This document shows, in pieces, positions 14,641-29,032 of a DNA stretch of 64,000 nucleotides (the stretch's first letter is position 1; each line of letters begins with the position of its first letter). The notes beneath the pieces are model-generated. The model did no database searches. It was given only the letters and a program-made list of their open reading frames with translations, and had not been told where the DNA came from. Source of the stretch: Nemertoderma westbladi. Its lineage: Eukaryota > Animalia > Xenacoelomorpha. Position numbers and translations under genes: made by a program. Location of the stretch: assembly GCA_032718475.1 (NCBI GenBank), contig JAUCBJ010000498.1, forward strand, positions 14,436-78,435, in the 5' to 3' direction.

Positions 14641-16158
14641 TACTATTTATTTACATAATTGTGTGCAAAGTAGCACTTAGCAGCGTTATGACCCGAGTTT
14701 ATTTATGTGCCGAGCGAGCGCAGCGAGGGAGGTTTACATAAATATACAAGGGTCTTTAACTCTGAAAAGTGACCTTTGCATGCAATGATGTATGTAATTT
14801 TGTTACATTATGTCAACTTATCAGCGTTCGGTATGTGAAGAAAGGATTTTATGGATACTCATTTATACATTTAATCATGTACTATATCGAATATAAGTTA
14901 AATTGAGTCGCCGTCTGTGTCCGTTCAGTTTTACTGAACACTGTCGCCATTTTCTTTGGTCATTTTCTCTAAAGTGTCTTCTATTGGACGTTTCGCCATA
15001 ATGGATTACAGTAAACGTTAAACAATTACAGTATTTACATACAGTAGCTAGTCCCGTCACTGAAAACTGGATAATAAAGTAGCACTCATTAACATAAATA
15101 GAAATAATACATTCTGGAATACCGTAATTGAAGTTGTTTCCATGGCATTGATTACTTTGCAGCGTTCCGTCCTATAGGCCGCAACGCTGCAAAGTAGTAC
15201 TTTGCAGCGTTACGAGTAATTCACCAGAGCGCTGTTAAGTTGACATAATGTAACAAAGGAGTTTTAATAGCCCCGTAAGATAATTAAAAGTTAATTAATT
15301 AATTAAACGGCCTATATATTTCTCCGCGTTGGGGTATCGTCAGGCCCTGTTATCCCACTTAGTTAATTATTTTTGTTACATTATGTCAACTTATCAGCGT
15401 TCTGGTGAATTACTCGTAACGCTGCAAGGTACTACTTTGCAACGTTGCGGCCTATAGGACGGAACGCTGCAAAGTAATCAATGACATGGAAACAACTTCG
15501 ATTACGGTATTCCAGAATGTATTATTTCCATTTATGTTAATGAGTGCTGCTTTATTATTCAGTTTGCAGTGTCGGGACTAGCTACTGCATGTAAATAATT
15601 GTTTTACGTGTGCTGTAATCCATTATGAAACGTCCAACGAAATGAATATGAAACGCGAAACGTCCAATAGGAGACACTTTAGAGAAAATGACCAAAGAAA
15701 ATGGCGACAGTGTTCATTAAAACTGAACGGAAACTATGTTTGCTTCAGTCGACTATAGTCAAGATGGATTAATGATTTATCACATCCAAGCAGGAGATAA
15801 CTTCCAATAAACTTTAATTATATTTAAATGTATAATTAATACTGTGTACCTGTTAATAAATTTCACTTATATTCGATATAGTACATGATTAAAATGTATA
15901 AATGAGCATCCATAAAATTCTTTATCCACATAGCGAACGCTGATAAGTTGACATAATGTAACAAATTTACATACATCATTGTGTGCAAAGGTCACTTTTC
16001 AGCGTTAAAGACCCTTGTTTATTTATGTAAACCTCCCTCGCTGCGCTCGCTCGGTACATATATAAACTCGGGTCATAACGCTGCTAAGTGCTACTTTGCA
16101 AACAATGGTGTAAATAGTAAATAGTATTTTAATTGTCTTACGGGGCTATTAAGACTCT
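14641..16158. repeat. Large inverted duplication of a non-autonomous DNA element (~620-750 bp arms)
   Basis: 14641-15257 is the reverse complement of 15373-16126. Each arm has internal ~28-bp TIRs TTTGTTACATTATGTCAACTTATCAGCG. Confidence 0.85.
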
Positions 16159-18726
16159 TGTCCCACCAGACCCTAGTAAAAGTTTCTCTCATCACTGAAA
16201 CATCCTTTCCCGGACATTCTTGCGTTTAATATTGTATATTCATTCTCTTTTCCCTCTTCTAAGGGGGAATGTTGGACACACCATCCAACACTTATTTGAT
16301 CGCGTTAGACAGCACCAGGTTGGGACAGCTGAAGATGGCATTACAGTACGACACAACCACATCAAGACTCATCGGTATTCCTTTTAATGCCTCGGTACAA
16401 TTACACCGACGGACCTACTAATTAACGGGAGCTAATCATCCATGCCCACCCACGGCCAGTAAACGAACGGTATGTCGTGTAGGATTCATAAAAATATCAT
16501 AAAATTGGTAACCGGAGGGTATCAGTTACAGAGTTTCGTCCCACAGTGGAATGAAAATAATTTATCCGCGGTCTAAAGTTCCGAGGTATTTTTATCCCAT
16601 GGGGTTAAATTATTTTGGGATGGAAATACAGCGTAATGAAAGGTTTATATACTGTAGTAACACAATACAATGTCGACAATACAATACCTGCCCTCCTGAT
16701 GCAATCATGTTGATAGTACCAACATACACCATCTCTTGGAATATAGTGTGGTAATGCACCGATATGACCCACCCATTACCTTTTTTTTTACAAATTTTAA
16801 TGAGGTACGGTAGCATGACATTTGAAACCGAGATTGTTTGATATCCCGACCACGTTTATAGCTACAAGCGTTTGATAAAACTGTTTCCGTCGTTATTGCA
16901 CCAAGGGATACACTGCCACCCCATTCCCCCCTCACCAACCCCCCCACACCCTTATCATAATCCAGGTTCAGGCACTTCCCCCCGCCTGGCGTTTTTTATG
17001 AAGAATTTTGCAAGTACATTATTGCTTTGGTGGTTCATAATCGCGTTACAAAGATTCAGATCGATTCTATGCGTGGTATTCGATATATTTCGTTTTTTTT
17101 TTTATATTATTTTGTCGCGAAATTAAATGTATTTAGACATTCATTGACAGCTGTGGCAAATTAATACATAGATTGGGATTTAGGAGTATTATTGGGCCCA
17201 TTAGAATACAAATCAAAGGCAGCCTTAATTAATTAGAAAAGCCAGCAAGCTAGCTATAAAGACAAACTTAGTGTAATTGGGTCCCTCCCCATTGAACAGC
17301 TTTGCTTACAGTCTGAGAGAGAGAAATCCCAGCCCCTAAATGTCATTATGAACCTAACATTTGAACGACCCTGCTCTTATAATTCAATCAGCTGGCCTCC
17401 CACCTAACATAGCTGTAATTAACCAAATAGATATTCCCATAGGATTCACTGGGAAGAGATATTCAGCTGACAGGGTAATACATTTAAAAGGAAACTAAAT
17501 TTATTATTTGGCTCTATTCGTTGTTATTTATCTGGGTGTGCATCATGGGCATTTTCTATAAATATTCGGTAATCTTATCTTATATCATGTAAACGAGTGG
17601 TGGGTCATCATTTACCTTTTTGATGCATTTTATAATATATTACTTTATTAATAAAAATAATTTTATTAATTTAAAATAAAAAAAAAAATATATATCTTGT
17701 AAACGTGCTTGATAATTAAATTATTTGCTTCATATTATATTTTTGTTAGTGGTAGCAAAGTTTCATTTTTTATTATGTGGGGCGAGCCACAAAGTCAGCT
17801 AGCTTCACGCCTTACAGTTTAGACAATTGTTTAGTTTATTTACTGCTAACTGACATAGTTCATTTGTAATAGTCTTGGCTAGGATTCTTCCTCCGGGCTC
17901 ATTCCAGCCAGCTTGCTGGCTTTCTAGTTTTTATATTGACGATAGAGTTTGTCGAATTCGAAGGCAAAGATCGGTTAAAATTTTATTTCTCATCGATTTT
18001 TAATGTTTACCGAGACTTTTTTAATTTTTGATTCAATTTTATATTTTTTCAATTTTATGTGTATTTATATTTTTGTATTTATATCTTATTATAATTTAAA
18101 ATTTAGACCCATTTTTTATGTACAGACTAGACTGGATAGTAGATACACCCAATAAAGTATAAAGTAAAGTAAGCTAAAAAGATGCTTAAACCATATTAAA
18201 CTAACAACCCCAGTATCTATTTTACGGTATATTAGTTTATTGGTGTTCAACCGATTCTTGCTTCGCTAATATTAATGACATGACATGCCGTCAAGCCGGG
18301 TGCTAATGGATGAAACATCATCACATCAGATAGTATTAGGGAATGAAGGTCAGCACCCGCAAGCAAAAATAAGTAAGTATATATAAATGCTAGTTTTCTG
18401 ACGATATTATAGTCCTTCTTCAGGCTAATATACAATATAACCGTTAGAACTGAGCAGATCATATAACTGAAAGTTTTAAATTTCCCGCCAATTGTAAAGG
18501 TTATACTATGCTTGATTACACTGTACATATGGTAATGTAGGTGTGAGCTACTGTAGGTGCACGCTGGTAAATATTAATACATTGAAAAAAAGGTAACAAT
18601 GAAATATAATTATGCTATGCATGAATATTAATAATATGTATAAATCGTGGTAAGTATGTAGAGTAGGTGCACTCAGTTATATGTTCTGCTCAGTTCTGTT
18701 AACGGTTATATTGGATATATTGTATG

Positions 18727-20335
18727 ATGTGGGGCGAGCCACGAAGTTGGCGGAGCCTTAGCGAATTGACACTGTTAGGGGGTGGGTCAATTTATGCAAA
18801 TAGTTGTCGTCGTCGTCGTTGTCGTCGTCGTCGTCGTCGTCGTCATCGTCGTCGTCGTTGTCGTCGTCGTCGTCGTCGTTACGATTTTGACATGCTAATA
18901 ACTTTGTCGGATTTAAAGCTGCCAAGTTGAAAATTTGTAGGTATCAATATGAGCAAAAGTTGAGATTTTTGAGAGACTTTCAGACACCATCAGTGCAATG
19001 GTCTCCCGCTAGAGGGCCACATGTCTAAACATTAAATGCCCTCCCATTTCTTTGCTTTTAATCCGTTTAAGCTGAAACTTGGCAGATATGTATTAGACCA
19101 TTAGCTGTGACTTTCAAAGGAGGCGAATCCATCTGCAGTTCTCCAGTCTGCCGCTAGAGGGCCAAAGGTCTGAAAGTGAAATCGTTGTCGTCGTTACGAT
19201 TTTGACATGCTAATAACTTTGTCGGATTTAAAGCTGCCAAGTTGAAAATTTGTAGGTATCAATATGAGCTAAAGTTGAGATTTTTGAGAGACTTTCAGAC
19301 ACCATCAGTGCAATGGTCTCCCGCTAGAGGGCCACATGTCTAAACATTAAATGCCCTCCCATTTCTTTGCTTTTAATCCGTTTAAGCTGAAACTTGGCAG
19401 ATATGTATTAGACCATTAGCTGTGACTTTCAAAGGAGGCGAATCCATCTGCAGTTCTCCAGTCTGCCGCTAGAGGGCCAAAGGTCTGAAAGTGAAATCGT
19501 TGTCGTCGTTACGATTTTGACATGCTAATAACTTTGTCGGATTTAAAGCTGCCAAGTTGAAAATTTGTAGGTATCAATATGAGCTAAAGTTGAGATTTTT
19601 GAGAGACTTTCAGACACCATCAGTGCAATGGTCTCCCGCTAGAGGGCCACATGTCTAAACATTAAATGCCCTCCCATTTCTTTGCTTTTAATCCGTTTAA
19701 GCTGAAACTTGGCAGATATGTATTAGACCATTAGCTGTGACTTTCAAAGGAGGCGAATCCATCTGCAGTTCTCCAGTCTGCCGCTAGAGGGCCAAAGGTC
19801 TGAAAGTGAAATCTGTTGTCGTCGTTACGATTTTGACATGCTAATAACTTTGTCGGATTTAAAGCTGCCAAGTTGAAAATTTGTAGGTATCAATATGAGC
19901 TAAAGTTGAGACGTTTGAGAGACTTTCAGACACCATCAGAGCAATAGTCTCCTGCTAGAGGGCCACATGTCTAAACGTTAAATGTCCTCCCATTTCTTTA
20001 CTTTTAATCCATTTATGCTGAAATTTGGCAGATATGTACTAGACCATTAGCTGTGACTTTGAAAGAAGGAATTGAATTGAATTGAATTGAAGGCTAATCC
20101 GTGTGCAGTTCTTCAGTCTGCCGCTAGAGGGCGAAATGTTTGAAAGTGAAATCTTTCTCCCATCTCGTTATTTATGATCCGTTCAAGCTGAAACGTAGCA
20201 GATATGTAGTAGAAGTCGGCCTGAGTCTTTGGTGGGCAGTAAACGGTCTGGAGTCCTCCAGTCTGCCGCTAGAGGGCGAAATGTATAACTAAGTATAATT
20301 AAGTCACGTGCTGCGCGAAGGCCCCACTTCGTGTA
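18727..20335 (+). mobile_element. HINE/Helentron-like element with (GTC)n and 4+ units of a 315-bp satellite
   Basis: Subterminal IRs (5' GTGGGG..CACGAAG / 3' CCCCAC.CTTCGTG), microsatellite, then internal tandem array of period 315 (e.g. 19006/19321/19636). Confidence 0.75.
19006..20280 (+). promoter_or_regulatory. Nine co-oriented CTCF-like core motifs CCGCTAGAGGGC
   Basis: Motif at 19006, 19151, 19321, 19466, 19636, 19781, 19952 (CTGCT variant), 20121, 20266. Alternate sites are preceded by TGCAGTTC. Motif match only; binding not shown. Confidence 0.5.
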
Positions 20336-20609
20336 TTGATATATATTGTATTGTATGAGGCTCCTCAATAATGACAGGGTATTGCCTGATAACTTTATAG
20401 AAGTAAAAGTGTCTGAGTCTGTACCCGACTGAGTCTGAGTCTGATGTTGTTCCCCCAGAGGTCTTTAAAATACCTGAGTGTTTAAAGCTTATCCATCCCA
20501 TCATAATAGACATGTACAGAACAACAAGAGTCCAACAAGAAATGAAAACAAATAAGTTGGGGCCAGTTCCCATGAAGGGCAACCTAACACTCTATGGTTC
20601 TTTTCGGTG

Positions 20610-21250
20610 AATCTCATTGATCTCGATTGCTGCTAAGCTATACAATAGAATTCTATTAAATCGCACCAGGGAACTCATTGAGAGGCTGCTCCGAGGAAAT
20701 CAGAATGGGTTTCGTAAAGGTCGTGGGACCATGGAGCCCATTTTGGCACTTAGAAGAATAATTGAAGAGTTGTCAAAAGAGATAGACAGGCATCTGGCTG
20801 TTATCTTTGTTGACTTCTTCAAGGCCTTTGATTCAGTCTCTCGCTCACGTATGTTCAGCATACTTTCATTATATGGGATTCCTGATGAAATTATTGTAGC
20901 AATCAGATCAGTATACGATGGTTCGACAACATTTGTGTCTACTGTTGACAGTGAGTGACACAGACATTTGAAGTATTATGGGGAGTCCTCCAGGGAGAAA
21001 CACTTGCACCATTCTTTTTCATAATTGTGGTTGACTATGTTCTACGCATGTCCTTAGATCATCATAATGATGATGGGGTGATGGTAACTCCACCCACTGG
21101 CTCCAGAAGTCGATGAAATCCTACCAAGTACCTAACTGATCTAGACTTTGCTGATGACTTAAGAGTACTCTCAGAATCACTAGAGGGAGCCCAACGGCTC
21201 CTCAGTTCATTAGAACAGTCTGCTTCTCGTGTTGGTCTTTTTAATTCCAA
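20610..21250 (+). pseudogene. RTE-clade RT fragment (probably family A)
   Basis: IAAKLYNRILLNR...NQNGFRKGR...IFVDFFKAFDSV, then GVLQGETLAPFLF and DLDFADD; frameshift and stops. Confidence 0.85.
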
Positions 21251-24200
21251 AAATTGGGGTTGCCAATTGTGGATTGCATGGTGGTGACAAAATGTTTTTG
21301 TTAAGCCAGCATAGCATCTCAATGTGCAGTTTCAATACAGCTGGCTGATTATATAGTAGTAGTCTGTTTTTAGTTCAAATGTTTAGTCTGTAGAATTGAA
21401 AGACAGTGCGACCATATTCAGAGATTAGTATTTTAATCCTAAATGTTCATGGGTTATTATAAATGTAACTTCAAATAATGATTGAATTACAGACGTATTT
21501 TACAGATATTATTTTCAGACAGAATTTACGATATGCGGAATTAATTGGTATTATTTAGAAAAAAAAAACGAGAATTGGATGTGATTGACGAACAATTTAG
21601 GAAGATTAAATTCATAATTACAGAGATGTGTCGAATGAATGACATAATCATTTATAAAAAAATAATAATTAAACAAGTGTAATAAGATATAGTATTGATA
21701 TTGTATCTAAACGACTGTATTATATTCCCCTTTGTTATATAATATACAATTAGGTAAAGCACAGAAGGTCAAACAAATGCCAAACGATAATGGAATATTG
21801 TATCTCAAGCAATCGAGCTTAATTAACATTACTCAATATAATATTACCTTACAACAAGCACAATTAATTTATTTACAAATTACAAAAGTACAAATATCGC
21901 AAAATAATATATAATTTAATTATAAAATAGAAGTAGTATATATAACAGCGGTCGAATTTGTTGTGCGTCTTTGTTCAGGCTCGGTCATTTACCATTTGTG
22001 CCATTTGATTATTTATACATTGGACAATTTCGTTTAATATATCTTCCAAATTTTGTATTTTGTTCAGGGTTTCTTTTCGGTTAGATAGCGATTTTGGTTA
22101 GGTAACCTTAAATGTCTTTCTTAATGTTTTAAATTAAATAAAGTAATTTACTTCGATAAAGGATCGGAAAGAAGCACTTTTTGTCAATAATTTTAATTGA
22201 CCGAAATTCAATTATTATGTCCGAGTGTGTTGAGTTTTGCACGAGTTTGCAGGTTTTTACGCGAGCGAAGCGAGTGCTAAAATGACATTGAGTATAAGGA
22301 TAATAGCACAGCAACTATGCTCTGACCACTGAATTAAAATGACTTACTTTCTGCCACTAAAATAGTGGTAGAAAGACTTTCTGCCATACTTTCTTGCACT
22401 ATTTTCTACAAAATTTAGTGAAAAAAGTAGATTTCTCAGATAAATCTTATTTTTAAACCCACTACATAATTGTGTTTGCGGTCTATTATTGTCTGAGAGT
22501 ATTGGAGGGGAGTAGGTCAGTATTGTCTGCATATATTCGATTAGAGCAACATAATTTTTTCGATGCAATTGAGATTGTTATTGACATAAAGGAAGATGAA
22601 TTGACCAATAATGGGTTCCTTGTGGCACCCGAAATTTAGATACTTTATTCGGAAACGTTGTGATTTGTATTATGTTATGTAAACCTAGCTCTGGTAAAGG
22701 AATTACGATAATCCATCCATACATATGTGTAAACGCTTTGCTGATGATCGAGAAATGTGATTCGATAACGTTTGTGGAACCGGTCACACTGCTGCATTTC
22801 TAACTAATTGGGATTGAAGCTACCTTGGAAGTATCTATGCTGAAATCCTACCCCACACCCCCCCCCCCCCCTCTCGGGGGGCCACCCGCCGGACACCACC
22901 ACCCCCCACGGTGCCACCCGCCAGACCACCCCCCCTCTCGGGGGGCCACCCGCCGGACCCCTCCCCCCCGGGGTGCCACCGGCCAGACCCACCCCGCCAG
23001 ACCCCCCCACCCTTGTTAAAAGGTTTTTGGTTCTAGAATAACAATAGTTTACCTTTTCGAAGTCAAGAAAGGTCGCTATTGGCCAGATTGGTAACGAATT
23101 TGCACGAGCACCACTTGGCCTCTTTCAGTTTTACCTCCACGATCACACAGTTTATGATATCCTCCAGTACATTGATGAATATTCATGAAAATCATGATAA
23201 TATTTTATGTTATATGGGTGTAGTTTAAGGTGATGATATGTTATGAGATAATTTCATAAAATTTCACTTTATTTTAAAATATATTGGGATTGAGGTGAGG
23301 GATTGTTTTTCACCACCAGGTAGTAAATATTAATACATAAACTGTCAATAATTAAGTCAATAAGACGTCGATGTACAGCGTATAGTACTATGTAAGTAAA
23401 TACCTATACTATATAAGTAATGTAAGATGCAAGCACAAACAAATAAACAAAAATACCCGAGTGTTAAGTGTTAACATTATGTGTAATATGTATTTTTGCG
23501 ATTTTTCCTATAAGGCTATGTACATTTAATCTTCACAGCATATGTTGTAAAGGGGGGAGTTTATTAGGACATGTGAATTGAAGAGAGAAAGAACCCCTAG
23601 AGAGGAAAGTGTACAGGGACAGGCACAAAGACCGGAGGCGACAGGGGTGTTATTTAAGTGGGTTGAAGGACGACTAGATGGTTACTGGATCTGGGTTGCC
23701 GATGAGTCTCTGTGTTGGGGACAATACAAAATACAAAAATATTGTAATGTTAGGTATCCAACACATCTAGCAAAATCCATTAACTAATACGATAGCAGCT
23801 GTCCCCTTAAGTCAAATATAAGTTTTACTTGCAATTGAGAAATTGTACCAGCAAATAAATCTTAAACATTGATCAGATAAAATCAGCACCATTGATTAGT
23901 GTCAGGTGCTATGCACTGCGTTACCACAACAGCTTACAACATCAATGATAATAACAACATATTTATGCGCAGTATGCATTGTGTACCCGTACACCACAAT
24001 GCTGATTACAGGATCCTTTACTAAATGTTGCACAGTTGCTCACGGAATAACCCGCTCGAGTTGTAATCTCACAAAGTAATGATTAATATTTATGATACTG
24101 TATAAATATCATATAAATTAAATACAGATTTAAAATTATTAGAGCTTTTTTTAAATTTATCATTCATTAAGAACCGCGGATGTGCATTTGAATCATTTAC

Positions 24201-24502
24201 TTGTAATTATTATGTCAAAAGATTTCTGAGATTCTCATCAATTTGAGTCTGTCTGACTCTATTCAGTATATTCCCAGGAATACTCGAAAATATCTATGTA
24301 CAATGTACATAGATAAAAGTATACACAAATTATTCAAGAGATGATTTCTGTGTTTCCTTCTTGCCATTAAATACCCTGTTGTCGCCGATAATGGTCCTCG
24401 AATTATGAAATGCTCATAAAGTAGACGGTAATTCACATAATCTCCTTTCAAATACCATGCATGTACTGTTGTAATCACGTCTAGGGACTGGTGCACATAA
24501 AT

Positions 24503-24659
24503 ATTAAATATATCAAACATAAATATCAATTATATCAAACATAAATATCGAATATATCAAACATAAATATCAAATATATCAAACATAAATATCAAATATA
24601 TCAAACATAAATATCAAATATATCAAACATAAATATCAAATATATCAAACATAAATATC
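24503..24659. repeat. 22-bp tandem repeat (AAATATATCAAACATAAATATC) x ~7
   Basis: Directly visible. Confidence 0.9.
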
Positions 24660-25663
24660 CTTTCTTAGAATTGATGATAGAGATCAAAGTGCAATGTTGC
24701 TTGTTCTTACTTTGTACTGTTGTGGTAATTGGGCATCTTCAAAATACATATCAGTGCCTTCAGTGCCTTTGCCAGTTGCAATACATTACTACATTAATAG
24801 GAGCTGTTTGATCATCATTGTCATTCATTTTGTATAACAGGATTTCCCATGGGTCAGCAAAATAAAGAAGTAGTGCGTTCAATGTCACTGATTAAATAAA
24901 ACCCACCCTAATGGAAACCTGAATTATTGATTACTGGTCAAAACTTCGTATGGGATGAACAAATATTGTATGCAGTACGAATGTATTATATATTACATCA
25001 ACTACACGTCTTGGATCCTCAATTGACATTAACAAAAAGGTACACTGTAAAAAAAGTTTAGGATTGAACGGCACCCCGATTTGGAGGGATTGTGGTTCAT
25101 GAATTTGTTGAAAGTTTGACATGTAAAATTCCCAACATTGTGGAGTATTTTCCAAGCGCGATCCTTCCTGCCCTACCTGATTAGATACTTATACACTTAA
25201 TATGTAATAGATTGGTAACTGTCGCATTATTCTGTTTTCTATCTCGAGGGTGTTCATAACCACATAATTATTGAGGTTAAAACCATGTAAAATTGACGTA
25301 CCCGTCAAAAACCAGAAAGCAAAAGGATGATTAGCATTTTAGTGGTGGTTGACTTATAGTACTTTTGTTATGATTTATATAGTTGTCGTCGTCACTTATT
25401 TACTCTCACTTAAAGGGACATCCTACAAATATACCTACTTAATAATGATTGTTTCGTCAAGGCTGGGCAGACAGGCCGTTAATAAAAATAATCTACATGC
25501 GTTCATTTACCTAAGTAAAATGTAAATTTATTAACAATATAATTTATATAAAGTGACACTCACCCCTAGTAGACGACCTAGTTAAGAACAGCAAATCTAA
25601 ATTAATTATAAATGATTCATTAATCGCAGACAATTTATAAGTATTAAAAATAAATAGTATTTT

Positions 25664-25812
25664 ACTACTACTAGGATCGGCATGCTGTATTGCAGCTGTA
25701 TTTTTAAGAATGCTGTGCCGGCTTGTCGATAAAATTGCGCCGCCACAACTCCTTATCACCCATCAATGTCAAATAATGACATTTCTAGATGATCCGCATC
25801 TTCAAGGCCAGC
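25664..25812 (-). mobile_element. RTE family A, short 3' fragment
   Basis: (TAG)n tail plus family A 3' end. Confidence 0.8.
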
Positions 25813-27480
25813 GTCAAAACAGATCAGTATCACATATATGTAAAATTTTATAAATAATTACCTTTAAATTGTTTCTCAGCGAGTTAGCGAAATAATAAAA
25901 CGTGTTGGAAATTTTGCTACAATATTCATATAACATTGTACTGTATATTATTAAATATATTATATACACCCATGTATATATTATTATTACAGTAGAATAC
26001 AACCTATTGAATTTCTTCTCACCCAGTCAAGATTCAAAGTCATTAGTTTATAAGCCGAAGGGTTTAAATGTAACTGCCATCTCTCTTACCTACCTAACAG
26101 ATTTGCTGCAATACTAATTATTTTTGTTCAGGGAATCGACTAATTTGTAATGGGATGCAAACGCGAGAGCAGCGAGCACAGATTTTAACAATTTACTTTA
26201 TTACGGGATTTAGTTCGGGGGTGCCCTTTATTTTGTACGATTATCTGCATTACATACCGTATAATGAATTGAATTGTTTCTAAAACTTTAAACACCCAAA
26301 TCTCAGAATGAATTTTTTTCATGAAAAAAGCTATTTCTCCGCAATTTTAACTGAAATGAGTTGAAATTTGGTACACTTATTAATCCTTCTCCATACTTCT
26401 TCTGAACAAATATAGTTGGAAATGCCCTGGAGCCTTTTTATATCAAAAAGGCCCAAAAAAGGCCCTTTTTTTGGGACTTTTTGTTCTAAAAAGGCTCCAG
26501 AGCATTTGAGGCAAAATTTTTTTCAGAAGAATTGGATGCAGGGTTCTTCTGAACATATATTCCAAATTTCGACAAATTTCAACAAATATTGGTGGAGAAA
26601 TAGCACTTGGCACTAAAAGGCACTTTTGGCCATTACGGAGCCATTTTGGGGCCAATTTTAAAAATATTTGGTGTGGTTATTCTTACACAGTCCAGACGAT
26701 GCACAAAAAAAATAATTTTCACCCAATTTTAGGGTCCAGAGACATAAAAAATATATGAGGTTCAACCCCCCCCCCCCTTAACTCTTTATTGAATTCCAGA
26801 AGTCAAAATATTATTTTTTGTATTCTCAATATTTTTTTTAATCTCATAATTTTTTGGTAATCTCAATTTAAATAGATAGCGCTGATGAATATTTTTAATG
26901 GACTATTTTAGACATAAATTTGTTTAGAACCTATTCCAAAAATTGAGATCCAATATGCTATAAAGAAACCTATTTTACAAAAATAAGCACTCAGACTGAT
27001 TGACACACACTAACATTATAAAATAATTATATAGCAATTACACTTAAAATCTCCAGGTGCCATTTTTATCTCTGCATGAGGGTTTAGAAAGTTTGACAAA
27101 GATTAAAGAGGCCATACGACCTACTTCTAGCTCCAAATTACCTAAGGTTAATTATCCCGAGCTAGTCAACTATTTAAGTAACGTGAAAACTCGTGCGGCG
27201 AGCGGCATCCTAACGAATTAACTTCTCCCCGGGAAATAATTGGACCTTTTCATATTATTCAGGCACATAAAAAATTGTTGGATATAGTAAAATAATTTAA
27301 TAAATTAAAGAAACTTCGAAGATCATTTTGAGACTGACTATTTATTGTATGCATTATACGACGATGACTGATGATTTGGTATCTAAATTGAGTGCGATTT
27401 TTATGCATTTATGGCTGTAAGATTTCGACAGCTGTTTCTGTTCTGTTTCTTCGATAGTTGTAACTGTCTGTGGGGCGAGA

Positions 27481-28003
27481 CTACTACTACTAGGATCGGC
27501 ATGATGCATTGCAGCTGCATTTTTAAGAATGCTGTGCCGGCTTGTCGACAAAATCGCGCCACCACAACTCCCTATCATCCATGGCATTTGCTAGATCATC
27601 CGCATCTTTAAGGCCAGTGTCCTTTAAGATGCGTCTCAATAAAGTCACGGGCTGTCCATCATGCTTATTCACTCCATGATGCTGCCAAAGCACAAGATTA
27701 TGCACTGGCTGGTCCTCATGGCGAAAGCAATGTCTTGCAAAGCGTACGTGGCTTTGTTCTAGTGTCAAGCTTGGAGGAATCAATGCGACACCTCCAATGT
27801 TATAGTGTCTGGTTGGAGATGTGTGCATTGTACTTGACACAGTGAACCCGGCGTACCATTCTTGTGAATGTGCCATCCAGAGATTTGGTGTCCTCAGCAG
27901 TTAGAGCCCAGCATGGACTCCCATACTACTAGGATCGGCATGCTGCATTGCAGCTGCATTTTTAAGAATGCTGTGCCGGCTTATCGACAAAATTGCACCG
28001 CCA
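27481..28003 (-). mobile_element. RTE family A, two head-to-tail truncated copies
   Basis: Tails at 27481 and ~27924, each followed by the family A 3' sequence. Confidence 0.8.
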
Positions 28004-28500
28004 CAAGAACAAGCAGTCAAGTTTTATGAAGATCTGACTGGACTTATAAAGGACATTCTGAAACACAATGTTAAAGTTATTGCTGGTGACCTGAATCGCA
28101 AATTGTCCCAGAAGACATCAAGGGTTACACCTATAACACCAGTTCTAATAGAAATGGGTACTTACCACAGAATTGTGACTGCTGACATCAGACTCAGTTT
28201 GAGAGCCAGCAAACCCAGGACAAGCAAGTAAATCGACTATGACTGGGAGAAACTCAGAACTGGCAATGCAGTAAAGGATTCTTACACAATAGAAGTTCAA
28301 AACCGCTCTGAAGCACTTCAGTTAATGGATGAAGACCAGCCCACCGATTCAATATATCAGAATATAATAACAGCCCACAAGGAATCAGCTAAGAAGCATA
28401 TCCCCCAGAAACCCAAACGAAAACAGTATGTGCCATAGCAAAACTCTGAGGTTACTTGTAAGAGAGAAGATCTTAAGATAGCCTACAAAGTTAAAACCGA
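28004..28500 (+). mobile_element. RTE family B endonuclease-region fragment
   Basis: EQAVKFYEDL...KHNVKVIAGDLN...HRIVTADIRLSLR; matches reverse complement of 36240-36690 with an internal deletion. Confidence 0.8.
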
Positions 28501-29032
28501 ACTACTACTAGTATCGGCATGCTGCATTGCAGCTGCATTTTAAGAATGCTGTGCCGGTTTGTCGACAAAATTGCGCCGCCACAACTCCCTATAACCCATG
28601 ACATTTGCTAGATCATCCGCATCTTCAAGGCCAGTGTCTTTTATGATGCGTCTCAAGAAAGTCATGGGCTGTCCACCATGCTTATTCACTCCATGAGGCT
28701 GCCAAAGTACAAGATTATGCACTGGCTGGTCCTCACGGTGAAAGCAATTTCCTGCAAAGCGGAGGCGATTTTGTTCTAGTGTCAAGCTTGGGGGAACCAA
28801 TGAGACACCTCCAATGTTATATAGTGTCTGGTTTGAGATGTGTGCATTGTACTTGACACAATGAACCCGGCGTAGCATTCTTGTGAATGTGCCATCCAGA
28901 GATTTGGTGTCCTCAGCAGTTAGAGCCCAGCATGGACTCCCATAGAGGAGTACTGGAACTACTGCTGCTCTAAATAATCGGACCTTAAGTTTCCGATTAA
29001 TTCTCGGTGACTTCCAAATCGTGGAAAGCCTA
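28501..29032 (-). mobile_element. RTE family A, 5'-truncated copy
   Basis: Near-identical to 13983-14430 and 47669-48195. Confidence 0.85.

Noticed and set aside
18288-18376. Possible host exon (MPSSRVLMDETSSHQIV... followed by GTAAGT)
   Set aside because: No recognisable domain or partner exons; cannot be supported without RNA data
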